From: Macrostomum lignano
Taxonomy: Eukaryota
Direction: 5' to 3'
DNA length: 64,000 bases
Assembly: GCA_002269645.1 (NCBI GenBank)
Contig: NIVC01001680.1
Location: forward strand, 1-64,000
Position 1 is the first letter of the stretch; the number at the start of each line of letters is the position of its first letter. The notes beneath the pieces are model-generated. The model had not been told where the DNA came from. It did not search any database and saw only the letters and a program-made list of their open reading frames with translations. Below are positions 24,126-40,981 of this stretch, one piece after another. The position numbers and the translations under genes were made by a program.

Positions 24126-26509
24126 ATGTGCTTGAAGCAGGTCCTCACCTTCGAAGGGCAGGATCTGGTCGAGGACGCCCTTTGGTCGCTGCGGCCTGGC
24201 TGGCTGGTCAAATTCAAAAGCGGGCACTCCTGGCAAACCGGGGTCTACATTGGCATCGGATTGCTGAGCATCTCCGAAAATGGCGAGTCGTTTGTCACGC
24301 CACGACAAGAGGAGTGTGATACTGGCAACACCAGTCCGCTGCATCACCTGGTCTGTCACCTACCCAGGTGCAGTTCCAGCCGTGAAGGTGTGCTAGCAAT
24401 CAAGGACTTTCGAGAATTGGCCGAGAACTCTGAATCCATTAAGGTTTATGAGTGCAACTGCGACGAGGCTAAGCGGAAGAGCGTCATTCGTGCCTGTCTG
24501 ATGCGGCTGGGAGAAGTGCGAGTCAATTCCGCCGAACTTTTTGAGCACTTCTCTGCGTATAGGAAGGGGCAGTGGAAAACAATTTTCACAAATGGCTTTA
24601 CTTTGCTTTGCGACGTTTTTAAAAGTTTCATTGGGCAGAGGCCTGCCACTGGAACAGCAAATGACTTGTCATCGGATTTGTGAGTAGGCGAAACATTTTC
24701 TTAATCTGGCATCAACTTGGGTCTTTTTAAGATCGGTTTTCTGAGTTTCTGGCGGTGACATCAAAGTCTGAGTAGGACACTGACATCACCAGGGACTCAA
24801 ACATGTAAATGGTGCTTGGGTCATCAGGGGTAGTTTTATAAAGTGCCAAGGCTTCACCATCTTACGTGTACATTTTGCAATTTCCACTCACTAATACAGT
24901 TATCACATGACTATAAGCGATAAACCAATTACAGGCACATCTTTCTGCTGGAAAACACATCTGACTGGGTTGACGCTATTTCTCAAGAAAGCCGCCAACG
25001 ACTAAGCGACTTCTCTAGAGCGTTGCTGGTTTCACCAAATTATGAAACAGCAAATGGCTTTGAGACATTTCTAAGTTGGATTGCGGGACTTGAAAGCGAC
25101 AGTCGTGGCAGCGGGACGGCTGCCTTGACAACCTCTGCGTCACATTATCTGCGTTCGTTTACCAGCGCCAGGATTTCGCCGAAGTCAAAATGGTCTGGCG
25201 CAGCAGTGCAGTTTGAGAGGCTTAACGACAGTCTACAAGGTACGACCATGATAGTGTGGGTAACGGGTGCAAATGTACATTTATGTTTACTTAGCGGGTA
25301 AATTGTACCCTCAGCTCGACTCTCGTACCAAACTACATGTACATGTACTGTAGCTACATGTAGCTGCGTTCGATGCCTTGAGGCTTGAGTCAACCACAAA
25401 CAAAGTGCGGGGTTGTGTGTGTGTGATCGTATCTTTGTCTTGCCTCCTCGCTCCTGAACTGTAGCCCTGTGAAATAAATGCGTCAATATATTTAAGGTTC
25501 ATTTTTTTACCATACATTAATTCGGCCTATAGTTGATTTTAAGAGCTCGATCATTTTGTCATCTGACATTTCAGGACTCGACTCTTTCTTTAACGAGCTA
25601 CTGAATAGCTCCACCAGAAGGTGACTAATGTTTTCAATAGCTACATGAAATTACATACCAGACATTGCGAGTATGCCATTAGTAAACTAACTTTGCACTT
25701 CTTGTACTCCTAACTTCAGCGAGGAAAATGCTGCAATTGCCGCTCCTGAGACTCGCACTACCCGACGCAACCCTCCGTCTCTGGATTGCTACCCGGTAAC
25801 GTCTCCGCAAGGATTCTGCGCGGTCATCAACATCAACAACTACGATGACAATACGAACCTTGGCCGCCGCTCCGGATCAGAGCACGACGTTGCTCGCATC
25901 AGAGAGGTGTTCGAAAGCTCAACTTTGTGATAGAAGTCAAAGAGGACTTGACGTCACACGAAATCGACAGTTTTTTGACGAATTTAGCCCACGACGAAAG
26001 GCTGGAACAGCACGGATGCTTTGTGCTCTTCTTGATGGCGCACGGCTTGAGGCGAGAAATCTTCGGTTGCAACGGAATGCCAATAGACTTAAGCCGCATC
26101 GTTCAGTCATTCAGCTCCACATTTGCCCGGGCCTGCAAGGTAAGCCCAAGATCATCGTGATTCAGGCTTGCCGAGGCACGCGACTTCAATTCGGTCGCGC
26201 GGCCCCTTGAGAGATAGCTCGTCGGATAATGGAGAGTTCGGGTGCTACTCTCCTAGGGGCAAAGACTTCTTGGTGTGCTTTGCAAGCGGCGGAGATACTC
26301 CGGCTTTTCGAGATGCAAATACCGGTTCCGACTATGTACAGGCACTGTGCCGCGAGGTTGAGACGCATCACCAAAGTGAGCACATTGTGGACATTGTCAC
26401 CCGCGTCAACAATGCAGTTTGGCGAGCTCCGGTGCAGCAGGGTGAAGTGCAACTGTACACAGCTCCTGAGTTTACTAGCAGTCTCACTAGGAAGTACTAC
26501 TTGAGCTAG
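24126..26509 (+). CDS. Gene 1: catalytically degenerate LRAT/PLAAT-like domain + helical linker + caspase (HG, QACRG); 4 exons; three apparent 1-nt deletions in the caspase exon
   Basis: Exons 24126-24679 (phase 2), 24935-25239 (phase 1), 25575-25620 (phase 2), 25720-26509. Caspase motifs: GFCAVININ, RRSGSEHDV, LMAHG (26035-26046), KPKIIVIQACRG (26163-26177), DFLVCFAS, GSDYVQALC, APEFTSSLTRKYYL. Frameshifts near 25915, 26120 and 26180-26207. Confidence 0.8.
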
Positions 26510-27371
26510 TTGAGATCCAGCTTTATTAACTGGAAACTGATTTAATAAAAAACTACTGCTTTCCCTTCATAGTATTTGAAAGTACCTCCTTCAGCTAATT
26601 ATGTTGATTTCTGAGTAATGTGAAGTTGAAAATTAAAATCCATTATCCAATCGAGCTTCATTTTGCCGTATTAACGCTAATTAGTTACCCGATCAACTTG
26701 ACTTGAACGCGTAATTGATCTTTAAAAAGCAATGCGTTCTTTCGGTATAAAACGTCTCTTATCAACTACTTAAGATTCACAGATCATTACCGTTTTTAAA
26801 ACAATACCTGTTATTTTCATGTACGCTACAGTTTGTATTGTAACGCTACCCAGCTGAAAAAATGCTTAGAACTTTTGCTGTTTCTTTTCTACCGTCGCGC
26901 TTTAAAAAATTTATACATTTTTCCACAATATAATCACTGTATACTTATTTATCAAAAAATAACTTTGCACTCTTCCGTAGATCACCTGATTTTGCATACG
27001 ATGTTTTGTTTTTTGAAAAAAACGTCTACTGAGCAGTTTCCGACGAGTCCACTTGGTCAATTGCCTTGAGAAACAAAAATGAAAAAGAATTGTGCGTTTA
27101 ACTGTTCAAAGACAAGACTATTTTTCTTGCTACGGAGGAATGAAATTCTGCTGTTCTGTTGTAGTTGTTGTCTGCATAGTTGGACATTAAAAACAGCCAG
27201 TCCTGCATTGGTGCACTTGTGGCAAACTACGGCAAGTCCTTGGAATTGCCGTGGATTTTTCTTTTAAATTAAAGCATGCACACAGACTACTCAACTCATC
27301 TATCGACGCGTGTACGTTCGGTGAGTTTAAGACATGCGCTACTGCTAAGGCACTTTGCTAACTTTGAAAAA

Positions 27372-30439
<3,068 letters not shown>

Positions 30440-31156
30440 GCTTTGTGAATTTGCGACTGTTGAGCAATAAACATCGCTACTGCACTTCTGCGGCACGTGA
30501 CTGAGCTTGACTAATACGAGCTAATGCTACGCTTCTATTAAAATGAATTCCAATGCTTAATATGTACTTTAGTAAATGTTCGTAAATGTTACGGCCTAGG
30601 GTTGACTTATCAGATATTGTCTAACAGTAAAAAGAAAGTTTTTAAAAATATAGCACGTAGCGATAGTTACTTTTCTGTCATACTTTAGTTTACTAGCATT
30701 GTGGAGATATGAAGAACTTTACTGTTCCTTAGTGCTCAGATCAGTTATTTTAAATGTAATATTTATTTGATTTATAGACGACTTATGTCAACTATTTTTA
30801 TTAATTAAAATAGCAGCCTTTACTCCTTCCCTTCAATTAAATACATTGCGCAATTTCAAAGCAATCCTGCAAGTTTAGCAGAGTTTGACCCTGGATAGTT
30901 CGTATAGCTATTAGAACTACTTGGTTTACTCATTTAAAAATTAAACTTTATTTGCTTCTTTAGCCTTCTCCAAACCAGGTCTTTACCTGTTCCATGCTTC
31001 ATGCGATAGCAGTTTGTTCTGAGGACCTTATCTAATCAGTATCGAAGAGAATACAAGAAGACAGGTTGAAGCGTTCCCTAGTCATGTGAGCAGACGCAGC
31101 CAATGCATAAATTGCTTGGTGCTTGGCAATGCAATTGCTTTGATCGATCCGGAGAA

Positions 31157-32716
31157 ATGTGCGTCGGATTCACCAACGCTTACAAAGACTTCCCGTACTG
31201 GAAGGTCAAGGAGGCCCTGGCCGCCATGACCCCGGGCTCGGCCGTCAGCTTCAACCGGATCGGCTTGTTCCACTTCGCCATCTACCTCGGCCTCGCCTGG
31301 CCCAAAGAGACCCTCGACGAGCCGATCCCGCTGGTGTGCCACTTCTCCGGCGACGCCAGCTCGGAGCCCATGGCCTCGGTGCGGCTGGACGACTTGCGCG
31401 AGGTGGTGCAGAACTCCACGGTGCGGGTGTACAAGTGCAGCTGCGAGCCGGCCAAGCGGATGCGGGTGGTCAGGGAGAGTCTGGCTCGGGTTGGCGAGGA
31501 GGGCTACAACCTGGTGACTAACAACTGCGAGCACTTCGTTCGCGACATCATCAACAATAGAAAGTTCAGCTACCAGTCCTTCTGGACGTTTGCTGCGCCG
31601 CTGGTGCAGCTGCCCCGGCTGCTCATCGGAGCGCCCATCGGCGGATCCATCGCTTCGTCGGCCTCGTTGAGCGCCTGCGTTGCCAGCAGTCTGACAAAAT
31701 TCGCGTAAGACTTCATCAAACCGTTTGATTAAACGAGCTTAAACTATTCATTAGTGCTATTAGTCCTCGTACTAATAGCGATGGACGATAGAGATTCCAG
31801 GTGACATTAGATGACTTACTTACTTGACTTAGCTGCAGGGCGGTCCGAAGACGCAGCGGGGAGGCGAGCGTCGCTCATTCCGCTAGCCCCTGAGAAGTCC
31901 GCATAGGCTAGGGCACAGAGCCGGTCAGGGAGGTCTTCCGGCCCCGTCTGTAGCGTTGTCTTCAGTGGGGAAGACGGAGGCTCGTTTGGTAGCTCGGAGG
32001 AACCGGATGAGTCGTTGGATGTTCTCAGGCCGGCAAGCGTCGTCCAGAGACGGGTTGGGCCCGAGGTGATTGAGCCGGTCTCGGTTGCAGGCCGGGCAGT
32101 AGCAGAAGAAATGCTTGGCGTCTTCGTTCTCGAAGTTGCAAAAGCGGCAGAGTTCGTTCCGGCGAACGCCTCGGAGGAACCGTGGACGTCTGGCAAAGCA
32201 ACCGTGACCTGTGAAGGTCATAGTGAAAGCGCGGATATCTTTTCGATTTTGGTTCAAAGGATTCTTTGCAGCTTGGTGACGGGCAGGGCATGCCGCCCAT
32301 TAGATGACAATCATGAGCCTTGTCTTTCTTTCAGAGCAAGACATTTATTGCCTCCCAACCGTCTCTGCAGCTCCTTAGGTCTCATCAATCCCGACATGGA
32401 CCTCCTCGAGATCTCACTCTCGGGCTCCTCCGGTCTGTCAGCATCCGTTGACGTGAATCCCTGCTGCACCAAGGTGTACACTGGGCCAAACCAGAGCATC
32501 GAGCAGGAGCTGTACCACTGCCTCACCTGCGGCATCACCGGTAGCAGGGTCGTGTGCCGGGCCTGCGTGTTCATGTGCCACACCGACTGCGACACCAGGT
32601 GCTTCAATGACGGTCCAGGATTTTGCGACTGCCAGCACCAAATGTGCCTGGTCAGTTCGGAAGCAGCTCCATTCGACGAGCCCACTGAGTCTGCGGAGTC
32701 TGTTGTAAATAGCTGA
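31157..32716 (+). CDS. Gene 3: LRAT/PLAAT-like domain (H, H, NNCEHF) + hydrophobic segment + UBR-box-like zinc finger; 2 exons, ~297 aa
   Basis: Exon 31157-31704 (donor GC|GTAAGA, phase 2) + 32371-32716 (acceptor CTGCAG|C). FHFAIYLG, VCHF, YNLVTNNCEHF; C-x17-CLTC-x8-CRAC-x3-CH-x2-C..CDC..C. Confidence 0.85.
31814..32290 (-). mobile_element. 5'-truncated non-LTR retrotransposon 3' end in the gene 3 intron
   Basis: Minus-strand FTGHGCF..LCRFCNFENEDAKHFFCYCPA (LINE C-terminal CCHC region) followed by a (GTAA)n-like tail at 31814-31831. Confidence 0.75.
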
Positions 32717-33348
32717 CCGTGTTTGGATATACCGAGCCAATTTTAACAAAACTGGGCAGTGTCGAATCTGCTATTCCATGCACACTGATTGCAAAAACTT
32801 TCATTTAGAAATCTCGCTTCGTTTTTTACTGTTAAAAGGTGCGTGTTCGACTTATTTAAGTGAATATGCGTAATGTTTCATTCGCTGATCTACTGCTCGA
32901 TTCCTGCTTGAAGTGTTTGTAATTAAAGATCCATACAAAACATACATTGTTACATTATACTATGCTCCTCTAAACAAAATGAGTGATATAAATATAAGCA
33001 GAGTCAGTTTTCTATTCTTAGCCCTCACTTCTCTGTAATTGACGGGAAAATGAACCGAAAATATTTTCGTTGGATGCTCAAAAATAAGCATGACACAGCA
33101 AGAACGAATGCTATTTTCATATTCCTTGTTCACGAGAAGAAAGACGTGCGTGCTGGCATTTAAAGACGTCTCGTAGTAAATTTCCAAGAAATTCTACGAA
33201 AAATTTGCATTATCTTACTTGAATAAACTTTACTCTATTTAAGCGTACTAGCAATAGAAAAGGCTGGTCCTTCTGGCTTATTTTAACTTTGCTGTCAGCC
33301 AAGCACCCTGTCTAAGACTTTAACCTACCCGAAATTAGGAAACGCGCG

Positions 33349-34944
33349 ATGTGCCTTGACTCATTGGAGAGTCGCTGCGAGGGCGATGGTCAACTCTGTA
33401 GGGACTTCGGCACAACGGAGGCTGGATTGGCGCGAGCGCTCATCGAAGCATCGCCAGGCTCAATCGTCAGCTTCGTGCTCCGGCCCAATCGATCATTTGG
33501 AGATCTGATCTGCCATCGACATTTCGGAATCTATCTTGGTCATGCATGGATTGCCAAGTACCACCAGGCTCTGGTTTGCCACAGTTACAAAAATCGACTG
33601 ACAGTGTCGAATTTTCGCGACTTGGCTGAGCTATCAATGGAAATCCGAGTTTACAAGTGCGACTGTGCCGATGACCGCGACCAATTTGTTGCTGAGTGCT
33701 TCCGCCAGTACGGTAGCTCGCCTGAGGGTACCTGTCTCGCTAGTATCAAACGAATTGTTTCACCTGAAAGCACGAAAGAGCCAACGGCTGTCACCAAAGG
33801 ATGGTTCAAGCGACTGCTGTCGAGGTATGGACCATCGGTTCTCTCGAATTCTGGACTTTTTAAATGGCGTCTTAGTGATCCGGCGCTGTCGAAGACTGAT
33901 GAACCGCATTGCGTTGTCCTCGACGGGCTGCTCGATTCACTGGCTGGCTTGGATGAAAACTGGTAAAGACTGAAGTGCAGTTGAATATCTATTTTCTGTT
34001 TTTTGTCTATGGTATTCTATGGGATTAATACATCCACTAGGTAACCTATACGATAAAAGCATTCAAGACCATTATAGTAACACAAGTAAAACTATTGTAT
34101 CTATTAAAACTTGTTTCATCAAAATTGGCCCAGTAGTTTCGGAGGAGATATGAAACGCACATTACATACAAACAGCGCGTCACTTTTAGTATATTGAGTG
34201 TTCTCACACAGCCTTTTGCGACCTTACAGAACTACCTGAAGGCGTACAACCTGTAGTCTTCAAGTGCCTAAAGTTTTGATTCGTCAATTTTTTCAGAGAT
34301 CTATGGGGTCTTACCAAAATCGCATGCCGAAATTTGCCAGCATAAGATTTCCGAATGCCCTGAATATTTTCTATTTGGCATTAGTTACAGAGGGGGACAC
34401 TCTGTATACAGGGGTGAGGGTTATGTATTCACAGACTTTAGTAGCAACTACAAACTGAAATGATCCCTGTGACTGCTGCTGGAAGGTTGCCAATAACCTT
34501 CTTTAGAAGGCAGGCATTCAGGCAGATACATGTAAACTTCCTGTCGTCAAAGTTTTGCAAAACGATCCACAGAGCCTTTCTTCTAAACCATTTCGCAGTC
34601 TCATCGGCCTACTGAGCTCAAAGTTGGACATGCTTGAGGTCACTCTACACAGACAGCAAGTGGGCAGCTCTGCCAGCCCTAGCATTGCCATCCGCATCAG
34701 CAATCGCTGCACTCGAGACTTCACGGGTGAGGATGCCCAGGCTCACCAGGAGTTGCACGAGTGCCTCACCTGCGGCATCCGCGACGATCAAGCGATCTGC
34801 AGGCGCTGCGCAGAAGTGTGCCACGCCAATTGCTGCACCCAGAGGCTCAACGGGGATAAAGCTCGAGAAGTGACAGGGTACTGCGACTGTACACATGACT
34901 GCTCACCCGAGCTCAGGCAGGATTCCCATCGGAACCGATCCTGA
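33349..34944 (+). CDS. Gene 4: divergent LRAT-like domain + UBR-box-like zinc finger; 2 exons, ~319 aa
   Basis: Exon 33349-33962 (donor TG|GTAAAG, phase 2) + 34599-34944. RHFGIYLG, VCHS and YKCDC align with the paralogues; NCEHF is replaced by GTCLAS. Second exon: CTRDFTG..QELHECLTC..ICRRCAEVCHANC..YCDC. Confidence 0.78.
34114..34195 (+). mobile_element. Helitron/Helentron-type (DINE-1-like) terminal fragment
   Basis: TTTCATCAAAATTGGCCCAGTAGTTTCGGAG..ACATACAAACA..CTTTTAGTATAT resembles the terminal signature of Helentron-derived elements. Confidence 0.4.
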
Positions 34945-35995
34945 ATGTTGGCATGAGTTGATTCCATTCGAAGAAACGTATTACATGTACCATCAGCCAT
35001 GTATAAAATATCATTTAAATACGCTCGTACATTGGTCTCTACTGTTATGCCTACGTGATCGTTAATTTTGCTTATATAAAAGTAATGTCGCACGGATTAG
35101 AACAGTGAGGCATCGACAATTCAAGTTAGGATGAATCACATTGGCCACTATAATTTCGAGTGCTTACTAGTCATCGCTCGCATTACTATATAAACCTAAA
35201 CCCATTGGTGATAATCTCTTTCCACTCGTGTTCACTGTTAATTTCCCATTCATATCCATTAAGAAAGTCAATTAGTCTCTGCACCTGCCGTGGCTAATAT
35301 AAAACTAAGAACTGTGACAAAAATTGTTTTTACTTGCGCCATTTTTTACTTTAGTACCTGCCGACATGCGGTTTATCCCTTCTCTTTCTTAAATATTGCT
35401 GTTACGTACATTAGTATTGAGTATGCACTACCCGACCTGAGGTCGCTGACAAATATGTAATTTTACATTACATCAACGTTCAGCCGACGTTTGACGACTT
35501 TTATTGCTGTACGGGGTATGTTGTTTTGTACAATTCCATTAAATACTATTCCTAATACAACTAATATGTTTAGCTAATAAAAGCATCATTTGCATTCGCA
35601 AGCGAGAAGCCATTAAAATACAAAGCATACAAGAGATTAATAAACGACATAAACTAGCTGCATGGATCTCTCTCATTGTGGCGTGGACGTACGCTCGCAG
35701 CCAGTCAGAAAAAAATTCAAGGGTGTAAAGACTTGTTGAAAAATACGCGTACATATTAAAACAGTGTGGACTTGCTAATTCTCGTAATGAAACGTTAATA
35801 TAGAGCGTTTGAGATAAAAATAGAATGACGGTTGGAGAGAGTGTACAGAGAATGCGTACAGCTCGTAAAGATAAGTGTACAGCGAAGCAAGTTCTGTCGC
35901 TTACAAGAAGTCGCAATTTTCCAGACTGTGGTTTGCTGTCGCTAATGCCCCCCCGCAACATTTTGTAGAATTCGTTAATTCTAGCTAAATAAGCT

Positions 35996-38900
35996 ATGCT
36001 GCCTCCAGCTAAAAAGGAATCAAGAAAGCGAATACCTTCAGAAGTCTATGAAGACTTTATGATGGCCATTGTGACCAATGACACTGAAATTATTGACGAG
36101 TTCTTGAAGATTCAGCCACCACTCGACAAAAGAGTGTCATTTCTAGACGACAGTATGACCCCTGACGCTCACGTGTCTTCTGGGAAGCCAGAAATTCTGA
36201 GAAAGCTAATTAAGGCCAACGCTGACGTCGACGTAAAAGAACTTAACGACACTTCGCCACTGTACGTTGCTGCTCAAGAAGGACACGACAAGATCGCGGA
36301 CCTTCTAATTGAAGCGCAAGCGGAAATCGACTTCCAGACCACGGACGGGACTTCACCTCTTTACCTGGCTTCGCAGCACGGCCATCACAGAGTGGTGAGG
36401 TCGCTCATCGAAGCTCAGGCAAGTGTCGATTTACGAAGAAGCAACGGAGCATCGGCGCTGTGTATTGCGGCCCAGAACGGGCATCGGCTCGTGACCGACT
36501 TGCTGATCAGAGCTCAGGCGGATGTCAACATTCGGGCGGACAATAGCACAACACCTTTGTACATAGCTTCGCACAACGGCCACCATCTCATCGTTGAATT
36601 GCTGCTCAAGGCTCGGGCCGATCCAAACCTGCTACACTCTGACGGTACTTTTCCACTGTACGTTGCCGCTTACAATGGTCACTATCAAGTGGTTTCACTG
36701 ATAGTCGATGCCGGCGCGGAAGTCAATCTGCGAGACAGTCAAGGCTGTTCCTCGTTGATCATCGCCTCACAAAATGGTCACCGGCAAGTAGTAGATGTGC
36801 TCATTTCCGCAAACGTCGATGTCAATCTTCCAGCTAACAATGGCGCAACGCCGATCTACATGGCCTCGCAGGAAGGTCATAAGCAAGTGGTCGACGTGCT
36901 TATCAAAGCACAGGCTGATATAAACCTTTTAGCGAATGGCGATGCTTCGCCAATTTATACGGCAGCTCAGGAGGTCACGACCAAGTGGTTGACTCCCTTA
37001 TCCATGCGAATGCCGATGTCAATTTTCAGAGGAGCAATGGCCAATCGCTTCTATTTATTGCCGCGCAGGAGGGTCACGAGAAGGTTGTGGAATTGCTTCT
37101 GAAATCGGGCGCAGACCCCGACCTACCAACTGGCAACGGTTGGTTGCCTCTGCACGCAGCTTGCAAACAAGGTCACCACATGGTCGCTGATCTTCTTATC
37201 AAAGCCCAGTCTGATATTAATCACTTGGCTCAAGGCAGCCTGTCGCCTCTGCTATTGGCTATTGAACAAGGTCACAGCAGAGTTGTAGAGCTACTCATCA
37301 AAGCGCAAGCCGAAGTCGACCTAACAATCTCAACAGGAGTATCACTTTTCGAAGTGGCTAAAATGCTGGGTCATGACCGAGTGACAGCACTACTTCAGAA
37401 AGCAACCGCCAGTTCCACGGCGTCGTCTGAGACCCTTCAGGCAAACGAATTAAAGAATTCAAAGTAACGAAGGGTTTTTTATTTCGTCAACTACTTTGAA
37501 GTACTACTTATTTTAGATAGCAAAAACTTAAAATTACACTAATGTTACTTTTCAGACAAGCGCTAGAGGACGTTCAATTGAGCTTGGAACTAAACTCAAC
37601 CCTTACTAAGGCAGGGTTTGTGAGCTCCCGAGCTGCAATGCAGAGCGTATTGGCTGACGTTCTTCAAGAGATTCTTCGAAAGCGATGGAATGGTGGCCAA
37701 ATCTTCGTAGTTGGAAGCTACTCTGAAGGCTGGGGAAACAGTCTAAAAACGTTGGACGGCAGACCCGATGTAGAGTCCGACATAGACGTGATGAGGCTGA
37801 TAGATGGGAGACTTTACCACCTGAATTACCGGTGCAACTGCTCCGAAGATGAGAAACTATTGGTGGACTACGAGAATGGGCACATATTTTGTCCTGGATA
37901 TGGTCTGTGCTAATTTGTTCATCATGTAAAAATCAACTTGCCTCACCGGTCTTAATGCGCCCGTTTATGTCTGCTTTCAGCTTCAACTCCCGCGAACCCG
38001 ACAACCGGCTCCAATCTGAGGCCAGCTGTGGACGAAGTGAGCGGCGTTCGGCTCTGCTGCTACCCCCTCATCGCACCTCTGCTTACGCAGAGACTCGAAG
38101 ACTCCCAAATCCCCGGCTCGGTTTTAAGTGCTCTTCAACAGGAACTAACCTCGTCGCCATGTCACGTGGTACACGCCGCACCGCCCGGACATGCTGGTGA
38201 GCAGCTCCGGTTGAGCACGACATTTTTAGAGAGGCGCCTGTTGCGAAGTCTCAGCACTCTACAAGGTCAGCTCTTTGTTACCCTCAAGTACATAGTAAAA
38301 AAGGTCATTTGTCACAAAGAAGGCTTCAATGCGGCGGGTTTGAAGGCGTATCACATGAAAACAATTACGTTTCGAATGCTCGAGCGAACACCAAGAGAGA
38401 TCTGGAAGCCGGAGAACTTAGTATTCCTCATCAGAGAGTCCCTGCTCATGCTGATTAATGACGTGAGAAACGGCTGCACACCTCAGAATACAGATGGTCG
38501 AATCATGGATCACTTTTTCCTATGCGACGCCGCGCTCTACCTCAAAGGTGTCGATCGCAGCCAGTCGATGCTGCAGACTTTGGAAGCAACAACCCAAGTC
38601 TTGGAAGAAGTGACAGCGAATTTGCCTCAGTTTATACTGAACTTTATAAAAAGTTTGAAACAAGTCAGCGACTCAGGAAGATTCTACTTTCATCCCTTCC
38701 TCATCTTGCCGTATCTTAACCAAAATCCCATTCCACTATCTGGGAGAATTGAGTACCACGAAATTTACGATGTCGTCCGAAAATCATTGCTTTGCCTGAC
38801 CCACGACGGCAGCAGCTATGAGTCGCAACTGTATCTCACAGAGATTATCGCTAGGCTACCAGACAGTGCCCGCACAACCCGTGAGGTTCTCAGAGCGCTG

Positions 38901-39491
38901 GCGTGTCTAAAGTTCGGATACAAGGACTCTGCCAAGAAGATAATAAAGTACACCAGGTCCTTCAAGGTGAGCCGAGGCTTTGATTTACAAGCGGAGGACC
39001 TTTTAGCTGCCGAAGCGACTCCGGAGAAAGTGTGGAATCATCTGAGAACTCAAGATTCTGCCTGGAAATTCAACTTTCATTTTGAGACGAGGCCAGAATT
39101 TCAGTTTCTTCCCGAGCTCTGGGCCGCCTGCTTCCCAACTCAGACGCTGAATTTTGACACCTGCTTTTACATCAACTTTGATGCCATGCTGCAAAGCATG
39201 CGCTTTCAACTGCTGGCGGACGAGGAGGAGACGACTGTCCAGTCTTGGATCCGTGATGTGGCCGGGCGGGAGGACGCCGACGAGCAGGAAGTGACGGTGG
39301 CGCTGCTCTGTTTGCGCGATGAAGCATTGTTCAAACCATTGCTGGACCGAGCGCAGTGGTTTCCGGCAGGAATTCCTAAAAGGATCCTTGAGGAGCTCAG
39401 GGCAAGATTTCAAGAGGAAAATTGGAACGACTCTAGCCAGTGGGGTCTTCAGCAGTTGAACCGAATTTTAGAACGCTTGCTACTTCGCTAA
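35996..39491 (+). CDS. Ankyrin-repeat (~13) cGAS-like receptor / Mab-21-family nucleotidyltransferase; 3 exons, ~1108 aa; one apparent 1-nt deletion near 36973
   Basis: Exons 35996-37463 (phase 2), 37556-37902 (phase 1), 37981-39491. Ankyrin consensus repeats; NTase motif VVGSYSEG..ESDIDVM (37710-37793); VDEVSGVRLCCYP (candidate third Asp); Mab-21 C-lobe LSTLQGQLFVTLK..LKAYHMKTITF..W..NL..MDHFFL. Confidence 0.85.
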
Positions 39492-40981
39492 ATATTACAA
39501 GCTAATAATGCTACAATTCAGATAAACTCCACGACATCAGACTTTAAAAAGATTTTTGATTCTGACAAACTGAATGAAATACATGAATGATTACAACTGA
39601 AAAATTATCTGAGTTTCATATTACAATTGCAATGCAGTTTTTTAACACCGAGTTCTAATTCGGTACTATCAGTAGCAGTATTTGAATGTTTTACGAGTGC
39701 AAGGGGAAAATATAAAGTTGTGGCTGCCCAAGAGAAAATATTTCTGACCAATGTGAAGCCTCAGGACAGTTGAATGTCATGTCAGAGACATGAGTGTCGA
39801 TCATGTCTGTGATGGATTTTGCTAGAATTTCTATGAGCATTATGTCTCTACCTTCTTGAGTCATTAGGTAAACTACTATATCATCTGCAGTAAGGTTTTT
39901 AAAATTCGAAACTTTCTCCGAGATTTCCTGCTCACATTTACAACGGAGTGTGCTACCAAGGTTCCGACTACACTTCTACCCCACATGGCGCTTTGGACAG
40001 GTCCTGTTCTCGTAAGAGATCTTTGGTCTCGCAGTCCTTAGATATTGTTTCACAGGCCAGTTTATGGTTTTTTAATCTAAACTGTTAGGGTTTAAAATCT
40101 GGATTTCAAGATTCTGGATTTATAATTTCAAGAACATACTTTTCGATTGAGTAGCGCTATTTGAACCTGAGGCAGTGACATTTTTGCAGAGTTCTCTACT
40201 CTTTGTCTCCAGTGTGTCTCCAGTATCGTGTGCATTCTACTGAAGTGTAATTCATATAGATATTTCTACGAGGCATAAAGAAATCATATGCATTTCTAGT
40301 TAACCACAACAAGCGGCTGTTATAGTTCAAATAACGTAGGTTTTTCTTTTTACTATTTTACGAGACGTTCCTTAATCACCCAACCCACTCTTGGCACCAC
40401 CCTCATTTAGGACTTTAATGCAATAAAAACACTGTTTAGTTTATAATCTTTTAACAGCTATTATTTTTATCGTAAATCCTTGATTTACCAGACAACTACA
40501 TTCGCGAACTTGACTTTAGTTTAGCCTAGTCTGCGTATACTTGCTATCGCTGTAAATCATTCTCCTTATCTACGAGCGTAACTCCGCGGAGAAGAAATGG
40601 ACGCCCGCCCTAAGTCACTCGCTGTGTACACCGCAACCTGTGCCTCATTCACACCGTCTGTAGGCTTTTAAAGACGTCTAACTCACGCCTGCTTGCTCTC
40701 TGGTGTGCCTGCACGTTTCTAAGGTGAAGTTCGTGAAAATTTCTGTCCTATAATTGTTGATTTGCAAGGACTATACTTTTGCAAACCCAAGATAAAGACT
40801 CTAGCAAATTTTGATAAAGCGAACTCAAAATACTCGCTAGCAAGTGTTGAGTCAAGGGCATTGTTGATCAAGCAGTCTGACTCAAGATTTCGTCAGAACT
40901 ATTTTATTCTTTGAAAACGAAAAGCGTACAGCCAGCCAACAAAGATCAGAGAGCTTTAGCCTGGAGTCTACCTGTAATGTC

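Noticed and set aside
32015-32370. N-terminal half of the 233-aa ORF 32015-32716
   Set aside because: Antisense of the LINE fragment; paralogues place the acceptor at 32370.
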